Source: Magallana gigas
Lineage: Eukaryota
Assembly (NCBI RefSeq): GCF_963853765.1
Contig: NC_088855.1
Span: 23,498,001 to 23,562,000 of the forward strand
Direction: 5' to 3'
Length of the DNA: 64,000 bases
The notes beneath the pieces are model-generated. The model saw nothing but the letters and a program-made list of their open reading frames with translations. It searched no databases and had not been told where the DNA came from. Both the position numbers and the translations under genes were made by a program. Shown one piece after another: positions 49,112 to 62,500 of this stretch. Within the stretch, counting starts at the first letter, position 1; the number at the start of each line of letters is the position of its first letter.

Positions 49112-51263
49112 TGACGCACTATGACGAACACTCGGAGAGCATGTTTTGCAGTATTCATTCTTTGTGGATTATCGTCACTCTTGTGTAGGTTTCCTTAATA
49201 ACCATCATTTTATTATACAAAATATAATTGGACGTCTCTTTCTCTTGTTAATCAATATGGCCTTAGAAAAACTTACGATGCATGCATGTTTTCAAGTGTT
49301 TCAGACAAATATTGGAAGAAACAACAGCATTCCCAAAATGAAGCCCTTGTTATTCACACGAGAAATGAGAGAACAAAATCAACGTATGTACAAAAAAAAG
49401 GAAGAAAGAAATTCAGAGAAATATAGATTGGTCCTAGGATATTACGTTTTGATTCGGGGGATGGAGTACCATTCATCATGAAGTTGAACATTTTTTTTTG
49501 GTTAAATTCTCTTTTCCTGATTCTATGTAAAACTTCACGAGACAAATTTACAAGTTTGGGATGGGTTATATACCACTCCTCGTCATCTTCCCCGACTGTT
49601 TTACGCTAAGTTGAAGGAACACTTCTAAAATATTTTTTTTCCGGATCCATCACTAACCAATATTTTTCTATTACCAAAAAGGGTAGATAAGTCACTGTGC
49701 ATTGTCCTGGTTAATATTAATTTTAGCAACCACCTCCACTATTCAAAACCTACGATCCCAAGATGGATTCTGGCAATATGAATTTCCTTGAGCAGTTTAA
49801 TTACACATGTACGCTTGCAGTGTCAATAAAATATGTGGGGTTGGGGCAAGGGTATGGAAGGGGTTATAATGGAATATAATTTTCCTATATATTTTTTCTA
49901 AAATTTTCGATGAATCATGTTTTAGTTATTTGTACATTTGGTGTTTTGAATAGAACCTATAAAGAAACAGAACAAGGTGTCCAAGATTCTGCTGATGACG
50001 TACATGAGGAGCGGGTCGTCTTTCGTTGGAGAACTGCTGAAGTTCGGAGGAAACGTTTTCTATGTGTACGAACCATTCTGGTCGGTGTACGAGAAAACCT
50101 TCCGGACCGATACGGAAGTCTGCCACCGGAACGGAACTTGTCAGTAAGACGACTTTGTAAATTACAATAACAATATAATATTATTGCATACTGAAAAATC
50201 AACATTTATTCGCGACAACGTATTTTCGCGATGGATTAGTCATATAACGTACATATTACAAATTCTTGAAATTTGAACTTTTTTTTGCCATTGAAAGACT
50301 AGATCGTAACTATATTTTTTTTTCGCACATGAAAATGAAAAAAAAATAGTTTTGAGGAATAACATCAAAATATATTTTTGTTCCTTTTTTTTTTTAAAAA
50401 GAAAACCGTCCAAAACATTACAGAAGACAGATAAAACTATTGACATTATCAGTGCCATTTTTGACTGTCGAATTTCTGAGCTGCCCATTGAGGTTTTGAA
50501 GAGTTTCACGACCTTCCATTTCACGAGCGGATACAGCAGACGATGTAAGTCAATCCTAAAGAAAAGACAAACGTGGAAGTCACGCAGGAAAAAAGTGTAT
50601 GACAACAAAAAAGAATGGTGTCTTTCTCGGTGGGAGAGAGCTTGCAAAACAGCTACGGCCCGAGTCATCAAGACCATTCGTCTGTCGCCAAGACTCCTGA
50701 AGAAGACTGATCGGTTATCTGATGTAAAAATAGTCCATTTAACTCGTCATCCTTTGGGCATTTTGAATTCTCGCATGAATATCGGAGAAGTAAATAGCAG
50801 CAACTTTCTCTCGTCTGCTCGACATTTGTGTCAAATGATGGGACAAGATGTTCTTTATGTAAAGGATAAAGTGAAAAACGGTAAAGAAGATACAGTTGTT
50901 CCGCTGACCTTTGAGTGCTTGGCTTCGAACCCGACGGATGTGGTGAAAAATATGTTTGCTTCTCTTAATTTGAATTATTCAAGAGATACGGAAAAATGGA
51001 TAGCAGAACATACAAATTACAGCAGTCTAAAGACGTTTAACAATGCTAAAGAAGGATCGGTTCAAAATATAACTCATGATCCACAAAATACTAAACAAAC
51101 AAACGGCACGTTCCACGTGCGGAAAACAATGTCCAAAGAGATATCCAGTGCTTGGAGAAGCAGTCTCTCCATAGACTTGATAAAAGATGGAGAACAAGTC
51201 TGTGAAATTGTTTTGAAAGAAATCGCATTCTTGGTTACGAGAAAGGAAAATTCAGTGTGCTAA
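49112..51263 (+). CDS. Carbohydrate sulfotransferase (CHST1/3-like, Golgi type II); 5' exons tentative
   Basis: Exon 49954-50143 encodes KILLMTYMRSGSSFVGELL...VFYVYEPFW (5'-PAPS-binding loop). Exon 50402-51263 encodes VIKTIRL and KIVHLTRHPLGILNSR (3'-PB). A candidate signal anchor, MTNTRRACFAVFILCGLSSLL, starts near 49112, but I could not join it in phase unambiguously. Confidence 0.85.
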
Positions 51264-51912
51264 TTAATGATCTCTTTTTCTACGATCTGCAATGATTTCA
51301 TTTGGAAATGTTGTAGAATATAAGGTTGATATATCATATGTCAAGTTTTATTTAAAATGGGAATAAAAGATAAAAAAAAAATTAAAAGATCAGGCTAACC
51401 CCCACCCAAAGATCTGAGTTTTTCTGGCATTGTAGTATCATTTGATCTACTGACAATTTTCAATTTATTCTAAATATCACTTGATGGACACTGTTCAGTA
51501 CCAAAACATACCAGTATCATAGCTTTATAAACTAAATTCCAACAGTAAGTCTTGATAGCTGGACAATTATCAGTATCGCTAGACACCTCCTGATCAGTAA
51601 CACTTGATTAGTATGATCATCATCAGAATAAATATCACTTCGTTGACTGATAGTTTAAAATGCAATTCGAATTATGAAAAAATAAATAATAATGAAAGTC
51701 TAGAGTTTGATGCTTTACAACCTTTTATTTTGTAGAAACACATGATTAGGAGTAGTGAACAAACAAAAATCAAAAAAGTGCTTGTAAATATATATACATA
51801 TACATTAACAACTGGCATGACAAGAAAAGTATATAAAAAATGTATAAATAAACAAAATGACTTGTCATAGTGAGGCTAGTATGACTATGATTTATGACTA
51901 TGTCCTAATATC

Positions 51913-52249
51913 ACAAGAGGCCCATGGGCCACATTGCTCACCTAACATATCTAAAGAATTTCTGCACCTCTTTCTGAAATTTCAATAAACCCTGAAATCA
52001 GGAAGGAGGTGGGGTGGGGGTCAGAAAAATATGAAAATCGTTGGTCAATCTTTTCAACAATTAAGTAAATACTTTGTTTCAAAAAGTGTTGCGCCAAGTT
52101 AAATTAAAATTGGCCAAGTGGTTTTGAGAAGAAACCAAAAAATGTGAAAAGTTTACAAACCAATGGACAGAGCGACAGACCATTAGGCTGACACTGAACA
52201 GCTGGTGATCAGAAAACTTACATGAGCTTACTGGTAAGGTGAGCTAAAA
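51913..52249 (+). mobile_element. Degenerate Helentron-associated element
   Basis: ACAAGAGGCCCATGGGCCACATTGCTCACC start, GACAG tract, and end TGATCAGAAAACTTACATGAGCTT...GGTGAGCTAAAA. Confidence 0.65.
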
Positions 52250-53455
52250 CATGAGAATGGTTTAACACTTACAAACTGTAAGTGTTCTCTGATATTCTGA
52301 TGCATAAACACTAAACCCAAATAAAGGTTTTTATATCTTAAATTGTGTTTTTTCCCTTGAAGAACTACATTTCAAGAAAGAGTTGAATGATAAATACTGT
52401 TCAAATGAAAATGTATCACCTTTAAATTAATTTTAAATATTTTCTTTGTGATATATTAAACTGCTATGTATCACAATTGCCAAAAAATACCACTGGTTTT
52501 TTTTTTTTATACTTTTTACACAAATAGTGGATTGCTTATACATTTAGTATTATTAAATATAAATTAAAATCAAAAGAAACATTAATGTCCCCCCTCAATT
52601 CATTGGGGGCATATTCTAATACAACAAAAATTAGAGTAATTCAGCACACAGACTACGTACATTACCATCATCACACATACTTAAATATATACCTATTAAT
52701 GTTGGGAACAACAACCCATGTGACAATAGTGTTAGTGCAGCTTTTTCTCAGCAGTACATGTATAACCATTGTTTGCAATGATTTGTTCATAACCATTGAA
52801 TATTGGAATGTCAGGTTCTGTATAGCTAACAAAAATAACACTGTAAATAGACAATATACAGGAATGTAATGGCCAGCCGATTTAAAAAAAAAAAGGGGGG
52901 GGGGGCGGGGGAATGTACTAATGAGCAAGGAATGTTGTTTATCTATCACTATGTGGAATGTTTGCAGTGCAACATTTCAGCATTTAATGCCTTTTCCATC
53001 ATCACAGGTATTAATATTGTAAATATATATTTATACAAATATATATGAAGTTCTGCATTCTATACAAGAGGATAGAAGTCTCTACATGTGAAAATATGAT
53101 TTACTTCAACATTGCCTCCAGTCTGAATAAAAAAAAAAAATCGTTAAAATGTGTAGGCTTTAAAACTAAATCACATGGCTAAATATCAATACTTTAGTAT
53201 TCTTACATAAATATCCACTTGCAAGATTTGCTGGTGGCTGATGCTTGGGTGTTGATGTAAATTATCAAGTAGGTACATGAATTAATCATACTTTTAAAAT
53301 ATAATGTAGAGTAGTGGACAAATCGTATAACAGTATCATTCCTTTCTGATGACCTGATCACAGAGTACCAGTGGGTGATTATCTTATCATCATTAATACT
53401 GATGAGCAAATAATTGACCAAGTATTTCGATTTTCTTATAAAGTTAAAAAACCTT

Positions 53456-56400
53456 TTACAATGGATCATTAGCATGCTTGATATTATGAGACGCGATCTG
53501 TGCCGGACCAAGCACTGCATAGTTACATTCACTCTTCATGCAATGATAATGTGTTTGCTTCAGTTCGTACGGACACCTGGAGACCTCGCATTTCTCATTG
53601 ACCCCGATCTTCTTGAACCCCTGCGAGCTGATGTTGTCTAGCTTGGTGTGGTATTTTCGGTGAGTGAGAACTTTGCTGGAGTCGGTGCAGTTGTAGTTGC
53701 ACTTGAGACAGTGGAAGTGGGAAGCCTTGCCTTCGTACTCGCATTCATCGCGTCCACAGGGCTGGTTCATACGAAACTGCTGCATTTCCCCACCAGTCAG
53801 ACTGTCGATTCGCTCATGTCTTAACGTGTGCTGTATGAGGCGAGAACGATCACTGAAGCTGTATCCACAGTCTGGGCGCGTGCAGTGGAAATGCGTGATG
53901 CCCTGGCGATACGCACATTTAACAAAGTTACAGTCATCCTTGTGTCGAACACGGATATAACCTTCAGGAATGCTGTCATCTTTGCCACTTTTGGTGCTTA
54001 TTCCACCATCGCTTATCCTTCTTTGCTTGACTGCTATTTCACCACTGTCCACAAAATCATTATGTCTGGTTCTCATACGTTTCCTCCCTGATCTTTTAGA
54101 AATACTTGTGACATTGTTTGACATTTTACTCTCTTCTTTTGAGGCTTCTAAACTACTTTCATCCATAGTACTCTCCTCTTCATAGTGGTTGCTATTTTCA
54201 GTTTCAGATATGACTAATTTCCCATCCATACTTTCATACAGATTCATACTACTCTGAAGATCTGATGTGCCATGAGTTTTCTGAGCTTTGGCAATAAGAC
54301 TGGAGAAAGTGGATGGATTCAGATTCAGAGAATCTGAAGCATTCAGCTCCCCATCAAGTGAGTTGTGTTCATCATCAGAGCTCTGGGCTGACCTATGCGC
54401 CCTCTTATTTGTTGGAACATGTCCTTGATCATGATTCATTATGGCTTGTATTTGGTCAGGCTTTGGTGCAATGGTAATGGGACAGACAGCTTTCCCAATG
54501 ATTTGCTGGGAATCATTCTTTCCGAATTTCAATCCATGCTTTGAAATGTGTGCCTTGACTCTATTCATGTCGGAGAAAGCTTGATTGCACTCGAAACAAT
54601 GATAGTGGTCCTTCTTCTTTAGCTTGCAAAATGGTCGCCCACAGTTCTGATCCAATCCATAATGCATCTTATTCTTCAGGTCAGACCAGGTGGGTTGTGG
54701 AATGGTGTTCCCTCCTTGCTGTAGAAGAACAGCCAAAGGTAGAGGGTGTCCTGTGCTGGATATCATTCCAGTTGCAGCAGTAATTATGGTTGGTGTGATA
54801 CCCGCAGATACCATAGGGACAGCTGTGATTGCCCCGGACACAGCCATCGGATGAAAAATGGTGGCATCTACTGCAGTGGATACTTTGTCACTGGACTGTC
54901 CTGATGAAAGGCTTGACAAGGGATAAAAAGTTCCTGATGTTTTGATCAAGCCCTTGGCATCAGCAGGAGCAATGGGAATAAATCCAGCTATGGAGGTATT
55001 GTCAGTGAGTGAGAGAGTTGGATCTTCTTTGTTTGTGCCATTTACTTCAGTGTTTTCGTGCTTCTTGTTGTGTTGCATCATGGTGCTGTGGCGAACAAAG
55101 GAATAGTCACATTTGGGTCTGACACAGTGGAAGTGGCGATTGGCTTTGTTGTTGTGGCAATGCGGTCTGCGGCAATTGACATTTCTATCAAAGAATTCAA
55201 AGCCCTCATGAATCGTCACAAAGCTATGGAAATCTTTTGCGTGCAAATTGAGAACATCCAGTCGATCGGTGGCCTGGTAGCAGCGAGGGCGAGCGCAGTG
55301 AAAATGTTCCTTCCCCCTGTACAAACACAACTCGTCCGGGCAGGGATTGTCCTCTTCAAACTTTTTAAATCCATTGATCACCGTCGGGTTTTCACACGAG
55401 GGATTCAGTATTTCAGACTCTGTCAGTTCCACTTTCGGAATAACAGGTATAGTATTTCTGGGATACTTGGGTGGTCGACCTCTTTTACGCGGTGTATCCT
55501 CTGCAGACTTTGGCGAAGACTTGTACGTTTTTCCGGCTGAGCTGCGCGCATACTCGTGGATCCTATAGTGTTCAAGTCTCCCAAATGTGGGGCCTTCATG
55601 GGGTACAACATGTGTGCAGCCAGACTACAAAAAGAAGTAATAAATTCAAATGAAACCCAGCTTATTTTTTATGAGATAACATAAATCAAAACATGTCAAT
55701 CAGAAATTATATATGCATTTGAAACTGATGCTATGCATTACCCAGATGCAGTGATAATGTGTCTGCTTGTTGCTGTACTGACAGTTCTCTGGGCACGTGT
55801 CTGTGTCGGAATACATAACATAGGCGACAGGAGTGATACGGTCTTGTAGTTCATGAAATCTATAACCAAAAAAGAGATTTAATAAAAAATCAATGAAATC
55901 ATAAAAAACACTCAAGACAGAAGCAAACCCACAAAATTATATCTTACTGACCCTTTAAGAAAACCTAAAAAATTGGACTTCATAAACATGAATGATTCAA
56001 TGGTAATACAACTCAAGAACCTACCTGGCATGTTCGCGGACACCATCTTTTGATTTGAACAACACCAGACATCCCTCTACTCGACAATGGTAGTGGTCCT
56101 TGTAAAGGTACTGACAGCGAGAGTTACACGGGTCATTGGCTGTGTACCTTAAATAATTGAAAAAGACAAAAATGAAGATAAATTGACTACTACAAGTTTA
56201 TCAAGCAAGTCTTCGAATTTATGCAAAAATAAAAACAAATTCATGTGTTTTGATATTGTTTCAGTACCTGATGAGGTAGTTTTTCCAAGATTCATCTCTC
56301 TCTTTTCGCTCCTGAGTGTTGTTAGCTGCAGTCTTTGATAACAGCAGCGGTGTATTTGGTTGTGGGATGGGGACATTCAACCCTTGGGCTAAACTTGTCT

Positions 56401-59291
56401 TAAAGTGTGCTGGTATGCCAGTCTCCACTTTGGGCTGTGTAGGCAGAGACATCGTTCCTTGCACCGCAAACTCCTGTTTCTCTTCTTGCTTCGTATACAC
56501 AGGAATGGGTAAGGTCAGAGAGTCATTCAGTTTCTCCCCCCGGAGGCGGTCTGCGTGCTGAGGCAGAACCATAGTCTCCTCCTCCTCCATCCTGTCCAGT
56601 TCTTTGTTGTCCGATTCCTCCGACTTCAGACTCTTTACATCCGAGTTACTGTCATCCAGGGAGTGTTCGGACATGGGAACTCTGGAGTCGCAGCTCTCGT
56701 CTTTGAAATCGTCGTCGTTGATTTCCGTTTTGATGGAAATGGGGAGGGACATGTGGCTGAGTGGACTACTAGTGAAGGACTGATTCTCACTCGCTAGATT
56801 ACTTCTGTACTGTAGACTAGAATCCATGTCGTTACTGTCCTCTCGGTACTTTCTATAGGCCGTCTCAAAGTCACGCCGTTCATGCTTTCTTTTATGAGAA
56901 AACAGCTGAGCAGTAGAATGCAAAACGTAAATACAGCCTGTAAAATGAAAAAAAAACCTTGAGAAAAAAAACCTACAAAAAATCAAGCACACAATGTGTA
57001 TAAAAAATGCATAGACACTGCTAAATAAGGGAAACATAACTGTTGTTTCAATTTTAAGTTAAAAAGTGAAAAATTGAGTTATTCCCCTTTGTAAATCATG
57101 AAATTAAATATGCTGTCCTACTTTGTATTTTAATTTTTGATCTGCAAATATTTCCTGTATATCCTACTAAGATCTCTAATTTAGATTTGTGTATGTTTCA
57201 TACAAAATATGGGATAGGAGCATTCATGGATATTTTCCATATTGTATAATTTTATCTTGAGGGGATAATTTTTAGTAATTATTTTTTTTTTTTGGGGGGG
57301 GGGGGGAGAAAAAAATAATTTCTTTACTTCATTCTGGACATGGCAAACAAGCAATTTCCTAAATATGGCCTAGCTAAGAAGATGAAAAGTACCATACTTG
57401 AATTCTATCCCTCGTTACATGTACTAACAAAATGATATACCCATAAACCCAGTTCTATGTCATACCTGGTCTAATGCAGTGAATATGGTTACTGAGTTTG
57501 GAATATCTACATCCAATATATCCGCAGTGTTCATATTTCATAAACTTCTTAAATCCATCCCGGCCAAGCACTTCATCCTTTTGGTGGTATGTCTTGTGCT
57601 TTTCTATAGAAATTAAAGATAATAAAAGTTATTTCCCTTTAAACAGACTACCAAATTCAATGTGGCTCAAGACAACTGTAATGTTTGTACAAATTAGCTA
57701 TAAATTGGCTGTTATAAAGATAAAACATTACTTTATAAGTTTAAGTATATGTATATTAGTAAGGGGTGAGAGAAATAAACATTTTCCCAGAAAGTTGCTT
57801 TCAAAAACATTTACCGGTACTTGGGCAAAAATACTTTTATGACAATCAAACTAACAGCCCTTCCAGATTCAATAAATCTGATATCCCCATCTACAAATTT
57901 AAACAAATATGCCATAAATTAACATTTTTGAGGCCCCTCTTTATAACTATTGTCTTAAAAATACCTATTAATAAAACATACCCATATCTGCTTTGTTTTT
58001 GAAAGTGAAGTTACAGCCTGGTCTTCGACAATGAAAATGAGTCGTTCTTTGTCCGTAAAAAGCACACAGAGGTGTCCCACAATCCTCAGTGGCGCGGAAC
58101 CTCTGGAAACCTTCCTGTATAATGGCTGAATCCTTCCTGTGGTAGTTGGCGTGCATCTGTACATCTGATGTACTGATGTAAACTTTGTCACAGCCTTGCT
58201 GTAAAAAATCATACAAATATTGTGTAAAATAAAATTTCAAGAACATTATGTTTCTGCATTTCATTTTTCACTGAAAAATAATTAAAGGTTTTTATCCAAA
58301 TTAATGAATATCAATTTTACAGGATAACTCTGACATCTACATCTTTATCTTTTACAATACAGACACTGTAATCCAACTTTTATTTGTGGCAAGATTCTCT
58401 AAAACCTTGTTGTTGCAAATATTTTTTGATTGCCATGAACCAGTCATTATGGTGACATCTCTTTTATGTGCTTAAAATCATTTGCAAATCCATGCAATTG
58501 ATTGCAAAAAAAGTCATCGCAAACCAGTACATCACTAGTCAAGTCCTAGTGAATAACAGTTGGTTTACAGTATGTTCTACATCCTACATGGTGGTTTACA
58601 GCGTTGACTAACCTGTAAACAGTGGTAGTGGGTCTGCCGACCGTTGTGGGTACAGGTGCCATATTTCTGACTGCAGTCGTCTAGGGGACTATACCGCATG
58701 AATCCATGCTGGAGGGATTCCTCTCTCTTCCTGTGCCATTTGTAGTGGCGGACCATCTCTTCTTTCTTGATGAAGACCCGAAAGTTACAATCCATGCAGT
58801 GGAAGTGCTCCCGATACCCCAGCTCCTTGCAGTACTTGACTTTGCATTCCACGCCACTGCTGAATCTTAAGGTGAATTCAAAAAGCATTCATACTTAATT
58901 TTATAATTTCTTGAAAACTTAATATAATTTAATCATAAGCCTTTTTCCTCACATTTGATTAAGTTTATAATACCATTTGCCATCTGTAGGAATGAAACTG
59001 AAATCACTGTAAGAGTGAGTTCTTTATAAGCATTTTTTGCTTTAACTGAGTTTTATTGTAGATTGGGAAGGAAAGGAGAAAATGATTTCTTTCCCACATT
59101 ATAGTAGCTATATACTGGTAGTATTGATTTGAAACTGTCCCAGGTGCCCTAAAACTGCTATTACCTCTTAAGGTACTTGGAGTAGTCCGGAAGTCCCGGA
59201 TGCTTGATGGGACTCGGAGAGCCTGGACTCTGGTTGTTGAACACTGCTTTAATATAAGCCGCACTGTTTGTAAACTTGTCATCTTTGATCA
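53456..59291 (-). CDS. CASZ1: Zinc finger protein castor homolog (3' portion; 5' exons not found in window)
   Basis: Exons (minus strand): 59165-59291, 58613-58865, 57982-58198, 57466-57603, 56268-56937, 56025-56147, 55742-55859, 53456-55624. Castor signatures: [60 protein letters not shown]. Confidence 0.95.
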
Positions 59292-59476
59292 CTGAAAAGA
59301 GATTCAGATCTTACAATAATGCATAGACAATCAAGCAAAAATATGCTTTGAATTGTAGATATTGAATTTTAAATCCTGGATGATTTTTTCATTGCATTTC
59401 ACTCTCTCTCTCTTTCTCTCTCTGAATTGTAGAATCTATGTACAATTGAGTAATGGATAACTTTTTCATTGCATTT

Positions 59477-59480
<4 letters not shown>

Positions 59481-59512
<32 letters not shown>
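59481..59512. repeat. (CT)n microsatellite within a local imperfect duplication (about 59380-59460 vs 59460-59545)
   Basis: TTTTTCATTGCATTT-(CT)n-TGAATTGTAGAATC.ATGTACAATTGA occurs twice in tandem. Confidence 0.7.
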
Positions 59513-59517
<5 letters not shown>

Positions 59518-62500
59518 AATTGTAGAATCCATGTACAATTGACCCCCTCCCCCCTTAATGACCCCTCTTTGACCCTAAGGTATTTATTGTATGGATATGC
59601 ATATGTACATATGTATATGAATAAAATTATGAATAAAATGAAATCTAAAATTTCGTTTGATTTTCTTCTATTATTTCCTTCTATGGATTGCCAATTCTTC
59701 TCAATGTGCTTGCTTCTGTACTTTAATGACAAATTAAAGCCTCAATTTTTTTTTTCATTTGATTATTCTCCTATCTATATATTCACTACTTTCACAAAAA
59801 AAAAGAACTGTACGCTCTCTGTATCTTGTTTGTTAATTGACAACACTGGCATTCAAATTTTTGGTTACCCATTGGAAATACCATTAGATACCATTGTATA
59901 CTTAGACTTTTAAAAAATTAGAAAAACTAAATTTTAAAATTTTAGGCTTAAATTTGTATGTGGTCATGCCCATTTAAATAGGGATACTAAGATTATTTCA
60001 ATTTTCTTGTTCATACTTCAAATCTTGGACAAAGTTCAACAAAATAAAGATTAATAAAACTTTAATTTGTGTGTTCAAAGTGTGGTTTTTTGAAGTGAAG
60101 TTTTTCCATTTTTAAATGACAGCTTAAATTGTGAAATCGAGTAAAAGACATCGTCATGTACGTATTCAATGTTATTCGGTTTGGCAGTATTTCAAAAACC
60201 TGATAAACCAGTAAAAGATTTCCATTGTTATCGAGAAAAACTTGCAAATTAGTCATATTGCATATAAAAAATGTAAAAACCATTAAGTGTTCAATGAAAT
60301 TGCATTTAGGCTGGTATTCTTTAAAATATATATTTTCAATCTATAATGTATATAATTCATTATCATAAATATTGAAAAAAAACAAAGGAGTTCATTGATA
60401 AGTCAAGCTACATCAAACAAGATATTCTAGTTTTCACACAGCTCGCCTTGACACAATGGAAAATAAATTTTCTTGAAACAACCGAAAATGACAAAATCTT
60501 GTATATTTAATAATAAAAACCTTCCATCACCATCAGCACATAACTTAATGACAATATGTCAAGAAATTAATAAATTTCTCTGAATTTTAATTGCAAATTT
60601 GAAAAATTAGAATATTAAATTTGTCTAAATGGAAATATACAGAAAATCTGACTTTATATCATCTTCTTTTACCTGAAATTGCTGCTCTCACATTAAATGG
60701 GAGCATCATTTGAATAATATTGTTAAAAATCAAAAACCAAAGAAGAAATTCACTTAATATTTAAGAATTTATGATGAAAACATGACTAGGTGACATTTTG
60801 ATTTATAGACTTAATTTTCATATAATTAAGACAGAATGATAGAAGAATACAAAGAATGTAAAATAGTTATGACTTTTGATAGAAATCTAATCGACAAGTA
60901 ATGACCCCACACACCATATATTATAAAAAGAAATTGCAATTATATTTCAAAAAAACAATTTTGCTATCCTTAATAGATAATTTGATATAGGCTTTTTGCA
61001 ATCTAGATCAAAAGAATCTTTACGTAGTGTATTTTTCATCAACTGTTCTAAACTATTTCAGATTCAAAATCGGAGTCTGTATATATGTACATGTATTTAT
61101 CAATAATAGTATAAAATTTCATCGCAACTAAAAACATTTTCTCATGTAATTTCTACAATTTCATGAATAAAGTATGTTGTGTCCACTATACGATCTAGCT
61201 AGCTTGTATGATTAATTTCATTTTCGTATCCCCGCATATAAAGTTACACACATTAAGGATTCTTTCATTATAATAATGTACTAACTGACAACAGAAAATT
61301 TCAGATAAAATTGTATATGTATCCTGTGAAAAATAATTCATTTAATTTTCACACAAATCTAGACTACATTATTCATAGCAAAGTAACAAAAAGTGGAATT
61401 TTTTCACCACAATTCTGACATTAATTGTTGCATATAATGTTTAAGAATAAATATTTTATTTTGAAGAAAAAAAAAGATGTATTTCATTTTCACTTATGTA
61501 AATGAATCTGACAAAATTCGCAAAAGAGTATCTTAAAACCAAATGTGAAAGTCTTTATATCTTTAAAAGGAGGGGGGGGGGGACTTTTTATACTTCAAAA
61601 TAAAGTGCAAACAATTTCTTTGTATACACAATAAACAATATATACTTATAAATAAATTATATGAATTACGGGACATGAGCATGTGTAAGTTTTTCACAAT
61701 TGGTGACCTAGCTTATAAGACAATATACTGACTATTTAACTTATATTAATTACTGATTAATTAACTTGGTAGGACTTAATTCATAATAACAATTAGTTCA
61801 CTTTGCATCTACAATAGACATTGAAACACGATCACATGACATATAGACCAATATATCACCAGAAAAGGTGTCAAGATTTACCACCGAAAAATAATGCCGA
61901 CTTCCTTAATAATACGAAATAACAGACATTAGAACAGCTTTAACTGTCAAATACAGAGAAACCCCCTATTAAGCATTAATTGAAAAAAAAAAAAACCCAA
62001 CATTTGATGGATCTTTGTGATTTATTTAGTACCAATACAACTAATATACTTCTCTCCAAATTCTATTTTCCCTTTTATTCTTCCGAGTTCCACAAATAAT
62101 ATGCCTATATATGTATGTTAAACATATGATTCAGAAATGCTTGAATAAACTCTGCTACAATGTGGTACATTTATTTGCTATCCATTGCACAAATATGTTT
62201 TTGTTTAATATGGCTGATTTAATTGTATATTTTGCAAAATAGTTGCGAGCACCTGATACTGCATTCTAAACGTCCTCATGAAGGTCAGTCATGTATGCGA
62301 GCCTGCATGGCCTAAATATTTTGGATGTAATATGAGTTCAATCACATAAAAATTCTCTGATTTTAAACTGCATCATGGAAGGTTGTTGCTTTTACCAAAA
62401 ATTCCAAACTTGGCATTTTAATCAGTTTTGCGAGAAAAAGGTTGGCATTTAAAGCAATTTATTTCATTTGCAGCATTATTACATCTGTATTTAGTTGCAG

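Noticed and set aside
49720-49810. Possible extra sulfotransferase exon
   Set aside because: The phase-2 and phase-1 readings contain stops, and the open reading creates TAA at the downstream junction.
55058-55540. 160-aa plus-strand ORF overlapping CASZ1
   Set aside because: It is an antisense shadow of a long GC-richer coding exon, with no independent start or splice evidence.
2755-61581. Numerous poly-G/poly-C runs (giving poly-Pro/Gly ORFs)
   Set aside because: These are common homopolymers in this kind of genome and error-prone in assembly, with no consistent positional pattern.
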